This document shows, one piece after another, positions 26,005 to 36,535 of a DNA stretch of 64,000 bases (within the stretch, counting starts at the first letter, position 1; each line of letters starts with the position of its first letter). This DNA is from a virus, in the IMG/VR virus record IMGVR_UViG_3300023116_000009, positions 96,001-160,000 of that record. The stretch is one strand, 5' to 3'. The position numbers and the translations under genes were made by a program. The notes below the pieces were generated by a model. That model did no database searches. It was not told where the DNA came from and was given only the letters and a program-made list of their open reading frames with translations.

Positions 26005-26029
26005 AAAAAAAGGACCCCCGAAGGGGTCC
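26005..26029 (-). terminator. gp23 intrinsic terminator
   Basis: GGACCCC-TTCG-GGGGTCC plus T7. Confidence 0.9.
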
Positions 26030-26046
26030 AGTAAGATGTGAATGGA

Positions 26047-27510
26047 TCACATGAGGTTTGCAACAGAAACTCTTCTGTAGTAAACGTTGGAGCTGAGGTT
26101 TGCTGCAGCAGCAGGATCAGCATCAGCGAGGTGGGAATCATAACCCTTAGCGAATGGGTTCAGGACCATGCCATAGCGGGTCTTGAATCCGATACGTGGC
26201 TGGAAGTCATCCTGACCAACGCTACGTACCATCTGCAGAGGTACATATGGGCAGTAGAACATACCAGCGTCATAAGGTGAAGTACCCTTATAACCGATGA
26301 CGTAGTACTGGTTGCCTGACTGACCCGAAGCAGCAGAACCACCACGGGTGATGGTTGCATAAGGATCGATATAGACGCGATAGCGACCGTTCAGAACACC
26401 AGCGAAGGTGTTACCAGTTTCGTCAACTGCAAGGCGGTTGTTGCCTTCCAGAGCAGGGGTGTAATCAAGTACGCCTGCCATTGCCAGTGCCGAAGCAACG
26501 TCAGCAGAGCACATGATCATGTTGCCCTTTCCTCTACGAGTTTCGCGTGCGATTGCGTTCGCATCACGCTCGATTTGGAACAGAAGACCCTTGAACTTCT
26601 CAACCGACCAACGACCATTGGAGTCAACGTCCAGGTCGAAAGTACCAGCGGTAGCGGTATCGTGCTGAGCACCACGCTTAGCGGACTTATAAATGGTACG
26701 AACAACTTCGCGGTTGATTTCAGCAAGGATCTCAGAGGACAGAATGTTTGCCAGCTCTGACTCAGCATCAAGACCGTGGATAGCACGCAGGTCTTGTGCG
26801 AGTTCGATGCTGTACTCTGCCTTCAGAGCACGTGACTTAGCGGTAACAGCAATCTTTTCGATGCTGAAACCCATCTCACGGAAGTCAGGAGCGTTACCAT
26901 CGCTATCCAGACCTTCCGAAACTTCAGTGCCCATAGCGCCAGGAGCACCATAGTAACCTTGAACGGTTGCTTCGTTAGAACCAGTGAATCCGTCGTTCAG
27001 AACTGCAGGGTTGTCTCCAGTCAGTGCATCAGCAGCACCAGAAACATCGTTAGCACCCTGAGCACCAGATTGGTTAGGATTAACTTCGTTGAAGAATGCT
27101 TCAGCGTTGGTGGTTGCCTGACCGTCATAACGGGCACGCATTGCGAAGATCAGTCCAGTAGGACCAGACATTGGTTGAACGCCAGCGAGGTCATATGCGA
27201 CCAAGTTTGGCATTGAGCGGCGGATCAGTGAGATCAGAACTGGGTCGAAACCAGCAACAGGACCAGCAGCAGTTGCATCAGAACTGAAACCAGCAACGCC
27301 TACACCAGCGCCAGCAGCAGCATTAGAACCAGTGCTCATGGTGGGGATTGCTTCAGACAGGATCTGACGCTCCTCACGGATTACACGCTCTTGGTTTTCC
27401 AGCAGGATGGAAGTGACAGCTCTCTTGTAGTTATCTTCAATCTTAGGAAGATCACCGTGCTCAAGAACAGGTGCCCACTTCTCCTGGAGTTGTTGGGACA
27501 TGCCTAACAT
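26047..27510 (-). CDS. gp23: Major capsid protein gp23
   Basis: FDPVLISLIRR, GVQPMSGPTGLIFAMR, KSRALKAEYSIELAQDL, FYCPYVPL, GFKTRYG. Confidence 0.98.
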   Translation of the reverse strand: MLGMSQQLQEKWAPVLEHGDLPKIEDNYKRAVTSILLENQERVIREERQILSEAIPTMSTGSNAAAGAGVGVAGFSSDATAAGPVAGFDPVLISLIRRSMPNLVAYDLAGVQPMSGPTGLIFAMRARYDGQATTNAEAFFNEVNPNQSGAQGANDVSGAADALTGDNPAVLNDGFTGSNEATVQGYYGAPGAMGTEVSEGLDSDGNAPDFREMGFSIEKIAVTAKSRALKAEYSIELAQDLRAIHGLDAESELANILSSEILAEINREVVRTIYKSAKRGAQHDTATAGTFDLDVDSNGRWSVEKFKGLLFQIERDANAIARETRRGKGNMIMCSADVASALAMAGVLDYTPALEGNNRLAVDETGNTFAGVLNGRYRVYIDPYATITRGGSAASGQSGNQYYVIGYKGTSPYDAGMFYCPYVPLQMVRSVGQDDFQPRIGFKTRYGMVLNPFAKGYDSHLADADPAAAANLSSNVYYRRVSVANLM

Positions 27511-27547
27511 TTGTTTTTCTCCTAGTAAGTAAGTAGTAGTTTAATAA

Positions 27548-28585
27548 TTATTTCCAACGGGAAATTGCCTGTACATAGGCAGCCATTGGACCCTCTACGG
27601 GCGATGCAACTTCACCAGTTGCAATGTCTTCCTTCAGTTCAACTTTTGCCTTGGGGAAATAAGATTCCTTGATGGTTTCGAGTTTGGACTTAAAGGACTC
27701 CTCGGTTTCGAATTCAACACCTTCTGCGAGTGAAGCGAACTTCTCTGCTTGGGTGTCAGCGAGACCTTTGGAAACTTCAGCAACAATCGATTCCTTTACA
27801 AAGGTCTTGATTGTGCCATTGAGTGACATATTGGTTTCAATCTGCTCATTGAGCTTTGCTTCCATCTCATCAAGTTTGTCTGTCATCTCTTGCATAACAT
27901 CATATTTTTCTTCAGGGAGTTGTACATAATTTTCTTCAAAAAGATTCTTCATGCCGTCCATGAAGGACTGCATCATCTCAAGTTTAATGCCGTTGTGGAG
28001 TTCGATTTCATTCTCTTTCTTCCACTCTTCAGCAACATAGGTGAGGAACTTGTCCATCTTCTCAGCAAGTTCCGACTTAACGGTTTCGACTTGCTCAGTA
28101 AGACGTGCCTCGTAGGACTCTTCAATCTTCTTGGTCTCTTCAGCAAGTTTCGACTTGACTGCTGCCTCAAAGATTGTCTTGGTCTTTTCTTTAAATTCTT
28201 CGGAGAGTTCTTCGCCAGTCAGAAGTGCTTTAACATCCTCTTCAACACTGAACGCTTCAGTTTCAGTAGTTTCTGCAACTACTTCTTCTGTGGTCTCTTC
28301 TTCTTCCTTCAGTTTGCCAGGTGCTGCATCGCCTGGTTTAGCAGATTTGGTTACGTGACCATCGCTAACCTTTGATGTGCCCTTATTGGCAATCTTAGCA
28401 GAATCATTATCCTGCTTGTAATTCTGATTTGTAGGACCGCCGAGATTATCCTTAGCGGTGTCTTGAGGACCAGGAATAGATGCAGCAACCATGCCGTCTG
28501 CCCCTTTGGCACCATCAGTTGGCGCTTTTTCCTCAAGAGTTTCTTCTACGAAGGTTTCAAATTTCTGGTCAACTGATGCTGACAT
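27548..28585 (-). CDS. gp22: Prohead core/scaffold protein gp22
   Basis: Acidic coiled coil, KTIFEAAV, FASLAEGVEF, TIKESYF. Confidence 0.9.
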   Translation of the reverse strand: MSASVDQKFETFVEETLEEKAPTDGAKGADGMVAASIPGPQDTAKDNLGGPTNQNYKQDNDSAKIANKGTSKVSDGHVTKSAKPGDAAPGKLKEEEETTEEVVAETTETEAFSVEEDVKALLTGEELSEEFKEKTKTIFEAAVKSKLAEETKKIEESYEARLTEQVETVKSELAEKMDKFLTYVAEEWKKENEIELHNGIKLEMMQSFMDGMKNLFEENYVQLPEEKYDVMQEMTDKLDEMEAKLNEQIETNMSLNGTIKTFVKESIVAEVSKGLADTQAEKFASLAEGVEFETEESFKSKLETIKESYFPKAKVELKEDIATGEVASPVEGPMAAYVQAISRWK

Positions 28586-28628
28586 GTGCTAGTTCTCCTT
28601 AATATAATCTGTTGTATTTGCTATAAGT

Positions 28629-28636
28629 TATTTATA
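28629..28636 (-). promoter_or_regulatory. Late promoter TATAAATA upstream of gp22
   Basis: Exact consensus. Confidence 0.75.
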
Positions 28637-28638
28637 AA

Positions 28639-29283
28639 TTATAATCCTTTTAAGAATTTTTCAAACGCGGAAACTTTGCGCTCCTGAAGGTTATGCCAAG
28701 TTGCTGCGTCTAATTCTTTCTTAATTGAACTGATATGGCGCTCTGTAAGAATGCCATTGTTCCATACCCATTCTTTTCCTTCCATAATACCTTCAACAAA
28801 AGCATCAGGTGCAGAAGGATCTGCTACAATATCAGCAGCAGTTGCAAGCATGAAATCATCACGGACATAATTTACTCCGCTTTTTTCTTGAAGCGAACCA
28901 ACTCCTCTGGACGAAACTCCTAACTTAACTCCTTCATCGATTAAAGATTTTGCAATCTTACCCATAGGGGTATCGAGAATTTTTGCTTTCCCAATAAAAT
29001 TAGATCCTTCTTTTTGAAGAGAAACAATTTTATGAGATACGCGATCTAAGTTTACAGTCGGACCTTCAGGGTGACCAAGTTCACCGAGAGCACGATCTTT
29101 AGAAATGTAAGATTCAGTATATCTTTGAACTTCTTTTTCAAGAACGTTCATTGGATACACTCTTCCATTTCTATTTTTAATGTCAGATTGCAAGAAGATA
29201 CCCTCAATGAAGTGATTCTTTTTAGAACCATTTTCTTCAATGAGAAATTCTACTGCTTCAATCTGTTCCGTGATCAGTTTCAT
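28639..29283 (-). CDS. gp21: Prohead protease gp21
   Basis: NRNGRVYP, ALGELGHP, GVSSRGVGS, DIVADPSAPDA. Confidence 0.97.
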   Translation of the reverse strand: MKLITEQIEAVEFLIEENGSKKNHFIEGIFLQSDIKNRNGRVYPMNVLEKEVQRYTESYISKDRALGELGHPEGPTVNLDRVSHKIVSLQKEGSNFIGKAKILDTPMGKIAKSLIDEGVKLGVSSRGVGSLQEKSGVNYVRDDFMLATAADIVADPSAPDAFVEGIMEGKEWVWNNGILTERHISSIKKELDAATWHNLQERKVSAFEKFLKGL

Positions 29284-29455
29284 CTTCGGTCTGTTCGGGT
29301 TCGTTTTCTAAATGGTTGAACATGTTAGCGCCAACCTTTTCTTTTTCAAGAGTAAGGATTTGCGCTGCTTTGTTCATAATCATATCTTTCACAGCATCAG
29401 AAGCATCAGAAAGTTGATCCTTCATAATCATATCAACAATTTTGGTTGGTTCCAT
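29258..29455 (-). CDS. Small prohead core protein (gp67/gp68-like)
   Basis: Lies between gp20 and gp21; short and acidic. Confidence 0.55.
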   Translation of the reverse strand: MEPTKIVDMIMKDQLSDASDAVKDMIMNKAAQILTLEKEKVGANMFNHLENEPEQTEDETDHGTD

Positions 29456-29468
29456 GATCTAACCTCTA

Positions 29469-31079
29469 TTATTTAGTGTTTGAATTTCCTGACGTTTTAG
29501 GTGCAGGAGGATTTTTCATTTGGTCAATCTGAACCTTCTTAGTTTCCATATCCAGTTCAGCGGATTGCTTTTCTTGAGCAACCGTATCAAGAGGATCAAT
29601 AACTTGACCCGCCTTAATCTCATTATTTATCTGCTCTCTCATTTCTTCAATTTCTTGCTCAGTAAACTGCAGCAGTTGACGCATTACATATTCTTGAGAG
29701 AAGTATTTACCAACATAGAGATCTAGTTTATCCAGAACATCCATTTTGGTTTGAAGCATCTCCAGTTGTGCCATTTCAGCAAACTGATTATCATAAAGAT
29801 AATCATACTGAATGTGCTCTTTCATTTCTTCCCAATCTTCAGGTGCAATGATACCTTTGAGGATCAGTTGAGTTTTGAGAAGATCATGGAGTAAATCAGA
29901 GAACTTCTTACGGAGACGACCGACAAACTTTGTAAATTTAATCTCATCTCTATTGATCTCTTCTGATTTACCGAGATCAAATGACTTGTCGCTCTCCAAT
30001 CTTGAAGGAGGAACGCCAAGTGCTTTGTAGAGTTGAGTTTGGAAATACTTAATGTCAGTCAGTTCTCCAAGATTCTGACCGCCAGGCAGAGTGGTAATTT
30101 CTGTACCACGACCACCTTCACGACGAGGTAACCAGAAATCTTCAAGCATACTCATATGCTTTTTGTCATCACGGATCTCTCCAGTATTGGAGTCATATAC
30201 CATCTTATTTCTATAGCGTGACATCACATCACGCAGGTATTGTTCCGCTTTAATCTTAGGAAGATTGCCAACGTCAATATAGAAAATACGACGCTCAGGT
30301 GCTCTTGACAAACGATAGATAACAATGCTGTCCTCAAGCATTCTCAACTGGTTGAGATATTTAATTGCTTTGTGAAGATAACTCAGGGTCATGTTTCTAC
30401 CCTGGTCAGTTATTCCAGACGCTACATGTGAAATAGCATCCTTTGCAATTTTAATTCCTTGGTTAGTATTGTTTACTCCTTTGGCATTATATACATAAAA
30501 CTCTGTGACTTTTCCGTAGTCATACTTGTTAAATTGATCTGCATCAACTGGAGGTTTTTCTACCAGACGTACCTTCTTAATTTTAAGAGGATCAATATAA
30601 CGGAGTTCTAGTAGACCCTTAGATGGATCTTCTAAATCAATAACTTTATGATAGAATAATCTGCCATCGACGTACCAACGTCTAAAGATCTGATGAGCAG
30701 ATTTATCAAAATCAAGAAGACGTTTGATATGATCAAACTCTTCTCTCATTCTATTTTTAATTGATTCTGATACTTCCAGATTAGACAGTTCTAATTCTAC
30801 TGGACTATCATCTTGATCAGTAACAATTGCTTCGTTTGTAATATCTTCAATAGCACTATCAACTTCTGGTTGTAATGCCATTTCTCTATAGCGTCTAATG
30901 AGATTGATCTCATCACGCTTCTTAGTATCATCAAGATCTACATAATGACCAAACCATCCACCATATGGAGTAATGGTGGATGATGCATCATTGTCAGTAG
31001 GTGGAACAGGGGACGTGGCTGCCCTCGCCCCCTTCTTGAGATCTTCATCTTTAATTGAAAATCCAAATAGTTGCGCCAT
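29469..31079 (-). CDS. gp20: Portal protein gp20
   Basis: WYVDGR, YRLSRAPERRIFYIDVGNLP, EDFWLPRREGGRGTEI. Confidence 0.98.
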   Translation of the reverse strand: MAQLFGFSIKDEDLKKGARAATSPVPPTDNDASSTITPYGGWFGHYVDLDDTKKRDEINLIRRYREMALQPEVDSAIEDITNEAIVTDQDDSPVELELSNLEVSESIKNRMREEFDHIKRLLDFDKSAHQIFRRWYVDGRLFYHKVIDLEDPSKGLLELRYIDPLKIKKVRLVEKPPVDADQFNKYDYGKVTEFYVYNAKGVNNTNQGIKIAKDAISHVASGITDQGRNMTLSYLHKAIKYLNQLRMLEDSIVIYRLSRAPERRIFYIDVGNLPKIKAEQYLRDVMSRYRNKMVYDSNTGEIRDDKKHMSMLEDFWLPRREGGRGTEITTLPGGQNLGELTDIKYFQTQLYKALGVPPSRLESDKSFDLGKSEEINRDEIKFTKFVGRLRKKFSDLLHDLLKTQLILKGIIAPEDWEEMKEHIQYDYLYDNQFAEMAQLEMLQTKMDVLDKLDLYVGKYFSQEYVMRQLLQFTEQEIEEMREQINNEIKAGQVIDPLDTVAQEKQSAELDMETKKVQIDQMKNPPAPKTSGNSNTK

Positions 31080-31108
31080 TCCAAATATAGAGTATTAACC
31101 GTTGCTAC

Positions 31109-31115
31109 TATTTAG
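31109..31115 (-). promoter_or_regulatory. Late promoter CTAAATA upstream of gp20
   Basis: Late consensus variant in the intergenic gap. Confidence 0.6.
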
Positions 31116-31126
31116 ACGATTTAAAA

Positions 31127-31741
31127 TCAAGCACCTACGGACTGACTTGTAAGGTCGCCACTTCCAACAGAGAAGTTCTTACCGCCTACATCCATATACT
31201 GATATTGGAACTCAACGTCAAACTCTTCAATCTGATCGTTGCTATCATAAGCAAGGTTAATTGCACCAACATTAGTTGGCCAAGCACCAACTAATCTGTA
31301 CTCTCTAAGTACATCTGTGGTTGCATCCTTTGCTTTTTGTTGAACAATCATGTCACAGAAATAGTTTCCGTTTCCACCGATTGCACCAAAATCTAATGTA
31401 CCAATGTTTTCATCAGTTTTGTTACCAGCGTTAATCCACAACTCAAATGCTTTTCTGAGATTGAAATCTTTTGTGTTGTAGAATGTTGCTGTCCATGCTT
31501 CAAAGGTTCTATCACCAGGGATCTTCAGGAAGCGTCCTCTGAAAGGAACTTCAATTAATCCCTGAGTGCTAGCAGGAAGTTGTGCTGATCTGCACAGGAA
31601 CGAAGATTGATCCTGCAAAGTGTTACCGCCAACAGCAGTAACAATTTCACCAGGGAAATTGATAACTACGTTGAACAGGTTGGGGCGGACGCCGCCCCTT
31701 AAAGTATTTTTAAAATCTTCGATTTTGCGTGTTGCTGCCAT
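31127..31741 (-). CDS. gp19: Tail tube protein gp19
   Basis: RPNLF, VPFRGRFLKIPGDRTF, IEEFDVEFQY. Confidence 0.95.
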   Translation of the reverse strand: MAATRKIEDFKNTLRGGVRPNLFNVVINFPGEIVTAVGGNTLQDQSSFLCRSAQLPASTQGLIEVPFRGRFLKIPGDRTFEAWTATFYNTKDFNLRKAFELWINAGNKTDENIGTLDFGAIGGNGNYFCDMIVQQKAKDATTDVLREYRLVGAWPTNVGAINLAYDSNDQIEEFDVEFQYQYMDVGGKNFSVGSGDLTSQSVGA

Positions 31742-31763
31742 TTTTTTAAGTTCTCCCGTTGTT

Positions 31764-31770
31764 TATTTAG
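31764..31770 (-). promoter_or_regulatory. Late promoter CTAAATA upstream of gp19
   Basis: Late consensus variant. Confidence 0.6.
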
Positions 31771-31783
31771 TAACTACCAATGA

Positions 31784-34531
31784 TCATCTAGCGATGACTT
31801 CAGAGAAGTCGATACCAGTTCTAGTAGCAGTAAATGTGAGAGTAATGAAGTTGATAGAACGGGCAGGTTGAATATAAATTTCTGCAACAAATTCATTGTT
31901 GTCAATGACGTTTGCAGTGTTGTTTGTCTCGTCGCAAACAACTAAGAAGTCGGTGATGCCTCTTCTTGACTGTACATCGCGGAGGAATGGTTCAACGATT
32001 GCTCTGAAAACACCTCTTGTGGTTTCGTCGTTGATTTCAAACAGTTGTGCTTTTGCTGCTTCCTCAATTGCTCTCTCAACAACAAGGAACAGTTTGCGAA
32101 CGTTAATTCTATCAAACGCCGATGGAGTTGACAGTGCTGTCTTATCACCAAAGAGAACTGCACCTTGACCTGGGAAGGTTACGATAGGATTGATTCTATT
32201 CGCATAGAGTTCATCTCTATCTGCTTTGCCTGGATTCCAAGCAAGTTTTGCCAGATTGCGGATACCACCTCTAGAGAAACCAGCAGGTGAGAACCATGCT
32301 TCATTTCTAATAGTAGTATCTGCGACAAGACCAGCAACGTCGGTATTGCAAGGAATATACTTATAAACGTCGTTCCAACGATCATAAACATACTTGTAAT
32401 TTCCATCAATGACAAGATATGAATTGCTAGCAACATCTGAGAAGAAGTCCTTCAGGTTTCTAGTAATTTGAGAACTTGCGATTTGAGTTCCGTCAGCAGA
32501 AACAATATTTGAAATATGTGCAGAACCGAATGCAATACAGTCCTTTCTCTCAGCAGCAATAGATGCAATCTTATTCAGTTTTGATTTGGTGTCCTCTTCA
32601 GTCAAACCTGAAGGACCCATCAGAATATAATCAATAGTGATGTTTTCTACATCTCTAAAGATATCGTATCCAGCGTTCAGATCTCCAACTGAAACCTCAT
32701 ATCCACTACCAGTGCTTGAGTAGTTTACGCCATTTGCAAGAGCGTATGATTTTGTACCTTTTGGTTTAAATCCTAATGGCGCTGTCTTTGTTTGATATTC
32801 ATACAGAGTGTCTCCTGCATAAACATAAGCAGAACCTTCGGAAACAATTCTCTTATAGAAGTTTGCTCCGCCCTGTGCTCCTCTACCATCAGTTGCTTTA
32901 GAAGCATATCTGAAAGTTTCGAGAACAGTATCTTTAGCACCACTTACAGTTCCATCTACGTCAACGATTGCAACGTGAACTGCATCATAGACATTCATAG
33001 AACCATAGAACTCTTCTCCGTCTGCAGTTGCTTTTGGTCTTGCGGCAACAGAATTCCACTTAACAGATGAACCAGGATAGAGACGTGCCTCTAAGTACCA
33101 CTCTTCACCATTGGATACACTTTCAACAACGCTAGTTCCTGAAGTACCAATGGTTACTGAATCTGCAGCAGCAAACAGTTGACCAGCAGATGGTGTGTTA
33201 ACATAAGAGTCATCTGCTACATCTAAAATTACAATATGTACCAGAGTTTGACCAGCAGCATTTGCTCCTACTTCAAGAACCTCTCCTTTCTTTTGACCAA
33301 CACTTACAAAATCTCCAGATGCAATATTTGAAGCAGTACCAGGAGAACCTGCAGTAAGGGTCAATGTTTGTTGAGGACCGTAGTCAACGGTGCAAACTCT
33401 CAGTCCATTTGCCCAGGTTCCTGCTGTTCTACCTGCATACAACCAACCAGAAGTGTTTCCACTATAGGATGCTTCATAAACTTCGTTATTAGCAATCTTG
33501 ATTGGATCTGCAGAAATAGCTGAAGTTGCTGTTGCAACTACGCCAGGAGGTGGTTCAACTGGGTTTAAGTTTGAGAATCCAGTGTAATCACCAAAGTTAG
33601 TAACAGTGACACCAGTTACAACACCTGCAGGACTTACATCCAGAGTGCCAGAGAATGGAGTGTTTGCAGTACCACCACTGACGTTCAATGTATAAGTTGC
33701 TTCGTCATCATAATTTGTACCACCAGAAACAACAGAAACTTCGAGTCCAGTTGGAGCACTAAGTGTGATTGTTGGAGCAGAAGTATAATTTTCTCCACCA
33801 GTGATTGAGATGGAAGTAACTACACCGTTAGTAATTACTGGAGTAGCAACAACAGTTGCTGGGTCTCCACCACCACCAGTTACGGTGACAGTTGGTGCAG
33901 ATGAATAACCAGAACCACCGTCAGTAACGGTTAAGTTTCCAGTCAATGCACCAGCAGCAACGTTTGCCCCAGACGCAGTTGCCGTTGCGGTGCTTCCTTG
34001 TGCAGCACTTAAAATGCAAGTATCGCCAACAGCAGCAATTGTTACAGCAGGAGCAGATTGATAACCGTTACCAGATTGGGTAACAACAATAGCAGTAACT
34101 CTTCCTTCTGCATCAAGAACTGCAGTTCCCTGTGCTTGGGTTCCGCCAGCAGGAGGAGCAGCAAAAGTAACTGCAGGAGCAATTACATACTTACCATTTG
34201 TTTGTGCATTGGTTACTGTTACTGAAGAAACAGAGTTGCCCTGTCTTGCTACAGCGTTTTTGAGGTCGGCATCATCAGCTCTTACAACTGAAAGGGTGCC
34301 GCCATAGTTTAAATAGTTAACAGCAGAAAGAAAATAATCTGCATTGTACTGATTGGGTTCACCAAATGCAGAGATTAAACCTGCTTCTGAATCGATGGTA
34401 ATTGGTGATCCAAGTTCGCCCTTTGCAAAAGGACCAACAAAAGCAGCGACGTTTGCGTTTGCAATACTTGCCCTTCCGTTTGTAAGATCCTTTTCTCTAA
34501 TAACAACGCCTGGTGAGCGTAAAGTTGCCAT
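31784..34531 (-). CDS. gp18: Tail sheath protein gp18 with an internal repeat insertion
   Basis: SPGVVIRE, WFSPAGFSRG, DKT...AFDRINVRKLF, PARSINFITL; 915 aa. Confidence 0.96.
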   Translation of the reverse strand: MATLRSPGVVIREKDLTNGRASIANANVAAFVGPFAKGELGSPITIDSEAGLISAFGEPNQYNADYFLSAVNYLNYGGTLSVVRADDADLKNAVARQGNSVSSVTVTNAQTNGKYVIAPAVTFAAPPAGGTQAQGTAVLDAEGRVTAIVVTQSGNGYQSAPAVTIAAVGDTCILSAAQGSTATATASGANVAAGALTGNLTVTDGGSGYSSAPTVTVTGGGGDPATVVATPVITNGVVTSISITGGENYTSAPTITLSAPTGLEVSVVSGGTNYDDEATYTLNVSGGTANTPFSGTLDVSPAGVVTGVTVTNFGDYTGFSNLNPVEPPPGVVATATSAISADPIKIANNEVYEASYSGNTSGWLYAGRTAGTWANGLRVCTVDYGPQQTLTLTAGSPGTASNIASGDFVSVGQKKGEVLEVGANAAGQTLVHIVILDVADDSYVNTPSAGQLFAAADSVTIGTSGTSVVESVSNGEEWYLEARLYPGSSVKWNSVAARPKATADGEEFYGSMNVYDAVHVAIVDVDGTVSGAKDTVLETFRYASKATDGRGAQGGANFYKRIVSEGSAYVYAGDTLYEYQTKTAPLGFKPKGTKSYALANGVNYSSTGSGYEVSVGDLNAGYDIFRDVENITIDYILMGPSGLTEEDTKSKLNKIASIAAERKDCIAFGSAHISNIVSADGTQIASSQITRNLKDFFSDVASNSYLVIDGNYKYVYDRWNDVYKYIPCNTDVAGLVADTTIRNEAWFSPAGFSRGGIRNLAKLAWNPGKADRDELYANRINPIVTFPGQGAVLFGDKTALSTPSAFDRINVRKLFLVVERAIEEAAKAQLFEINDETTRGVFRAIVEPFLRDVQSRRGITDFLVVCDETNNTANVIDNNEFVAEIYIQPARSINFITLTFTATRTGIDFSEVIAR

Positions 34532-34568
34532 CTGTGTCTCCTAACAAATATGTCGAATTGTCTAAGAT

Positions 34569-34575
34569 TATTTAT
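34569..34575 (-). promoter_or_regulatory. Late promoter ATAAATA upstream of gp18
   Basis: Late consensus. Confidence 0.6.
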
Positions 34576-34616
34576 TATTTCGGCACTTTCAAATGGGGAA
34601 ACAATGCATGAACACA

Positions 34617-34856
34617 CTACCAGTCAGGGTATTCCCACCTACCACTGTCCGCTTTTCTAGCATTGAGTATTCGTTTTTTTGTGCATTGTTTGCACTCATA
34701 TGAATATGCAGATGGGAATCCTTTTTTGTTTTTACGAACCAAATAAAAATCAGTAAGCAAATCTTTTTCTACACCACATGCTCTACATTTTCTTTCATTG
34801 AAGAGTAAATGTCCCAGATCAAACTCTTCATCAAATTCCATCATCTGTACTCCCAC
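34617..34856 (-). CDS. Small Zn-binding hypothetical protein
   Basis: CRAC...CKQC pairs; follows gp17. Confidence 0.7.
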   Translation of the reverse strand: MGVQMMEFDEEFDLGHLLFNERKCRACGVEKDLLTDFYLVRKNKKGFPSAYSYECKQCTKKRILNARKADSGRWEYPDW

Positions 34857-36535
34857 ATATAATTTAAATCTCCATACTCACTAGTTTCACCTTGGAAATA
34901 TCCATTACCATTTTCTGCCATATACCAAACATTACCATCACTATCAATTGATTCGTAGTCAGTTAGACCATCATCAATAAATCCAAACGGTGCCATGTCT
35001 TGATCAATTTGATTCTTCTGCTCTTCATACAATCTTTTGCGAACGTCATTGTCCGTCATCTCTTTGAAATAATCTTGAGCAACCAACCAAGCAAAGATAA
35101 CCAGACACATTGCAAGGTCATCATTACATCCTTCCTCTGCTTCAAAGGACTGTTTCTTTTGAATAAATGTGGTTAGTTCTGATATGATTTCATAATCATT
35201 GATAAGCAGTTTATCTGCTTCAATCAATTGTTTGAGGTTAGAGCAACCAATTTTCTTAACTGTTGTACTGGTCTTGACTCCAAGTTGTGTTTTAGATCCA
35301 GAGAATCCCTGACCAACCAATTGACCAGCACGACCCCTCATAGCACACATGAGAAGATTCTCGTTCTCAAGATCATACTGTAAGATTGATGCTACCTGAT
35401 CTCCAATATCATTTACCTCAACCAAGATAAATGCTTTATTGTAATTAATAGCAACCTGATGAATAATGTTTGGGAACAACATTGGTTTAATATCATTGTT
35501 CCTATAGACACCTACCACTTTATATGGTACAGTGGTAATATCATATAAAATGAAAGCAGAGTAGTCATTATTAGTTCCACGAGACACGTCAACCGTCATG
35601 AGATACTCATGCTCTGGAATAGGATTCTCGTATATTTTTAATCCTTTGCTGCTTGAGATTGGTTCATCATATGACATGGATCTCAACTTTGCAGCAGAGA
35701 TTAGTGTGTCAACAGATCCTAAGAACTCACACTCAAACTCTTGTGTGAACTGTCTTAGAGATGTGTTAGCAATCGTTTGTTCTTTCCATGCATCATCACG
35801 ACCTGGAACTTGTGACCAGTGAACTTCTGTCGTGACATATTCGTTTCTACCAAGTTCGGCATCATGCCATAACTTGTAGAACATGTTCATCCCGTTTGGT
35901 GTTGAGATGATGATGACTTTTGTGCTTTTACCAGAAGAAATAGTAGGATAAACAGAGGAAAAGAATTGCTCTGCAATATGGTTTGGAATGAACGCAAACT
36001 CATCGAGGAAGATGATGTTAAACGACATACCTCGGACAGCACTTGCAGATGTAGAAGATGCCAATATCTTACTGCCATTTTCAAGCTCCATAGATCCTTT
36101 GTTCCATGCAATGATACCCTGCTGCAACCATGTTGGCAAGTTCTCGTATGCAAGTTGTAACCTTCCGAGAAGTTCTCTCGCAGTTGGTGCTTTGTTTGCT
36201 AGGATACCAATGTTAACGTTATCATTGAACAAAGCATAGTGCATAAGATATGCTACAACAGTGGTTGACTTACCTGTCTGTCGTGGCAACTTTGCAATAT
36301 TAAATCTGTTGTTGTGGAAGCGGCGAACCATGTCTTCCTGGAAATCATATAATTTGAAGGGAACGAGACCTTCATCCAGGGAGACAATTTTGCAATAGTT
36401 TCTAGCAAAGTAAACTGGATCCGCTTTACACTTTAAATACTCCTGAATCTGCTCTTGGGTAAAGTTGATAGGAACGCCAACTTTTTTTAGATTCGGGTTA
36501 CCAAGATAAATTTCAGTTTGTTTTAATTTAGTCAT
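34841..36535 (-). CDS. gp17: Terminase large subunit gp17
   Basis: PRQTGKST, LDEFAF, QEFECEF, DVSRG, DDLAM. Start MTKLKQ (36535). Confidence 0.98.
   Translation of the reverse strand: MTKLKQTEIYLGNPNLKKVGVPINFTQEQIQEYLKCKADPVYFARNYCKIVSLDEGLVPFKLYDFQEDMVRRFHNNRFNIAKLPRQTGKSTTVVAYLMHYALFNDNVNIGILANKAPTARELLGRLQLAYENLPTWLQQGIIAWNKGSMELENGSKILASSTSASAVRGMSFNIIFLDEFAFIPNHIAEQFFSSVYPTISSGKSTKVIIISTPNGMNMFYKLWHDAELGRNEYVTTEVHWSQVPGRDDAWKEQTIANTSLRQFTQEFECEFLGSVDTLISAAKLRSMSYDEPISSSKGLKIYENPIPEHEYLMTVDVSRGTNNDYSAFILYDITTVPYKVVGVYRNNDIKPMLFPNIIHQVAINYNKAFILVEVNDIGDQVASILQYDLENENLLMCAMRGRAGQLVGQGFSGSKTQLGVKTSTTVKKIGCSNLKQLIEADKLLINDYEIISELTTFIQKKQSFEAEEGCNDDLAMCLVIFAWLVAQDYFKEMTDNDVRKRLYEEQKNQIDQDMAPFGFIDDGLTDYESIDSDGNVWYMAENGNGYFQGETSEYGDLNYMWEYR

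Noticed and set aside
27511-27547. Short AGTA repeats upstream of gp23
   Set aside because: Too short and low-complexity; consistent with a U/A-rich translational enhancer before the AGGAG RBS.
1547-36535. Inteins, introns or homing endonucleases in gp43, gp46, uvsW, gp20, gp23 or gp17
   Set aside because: Lengths are normal, frames are uninterrupted, and no intein termini or GIY-YIG/LAGLIDADG/HNH motifs were seen.
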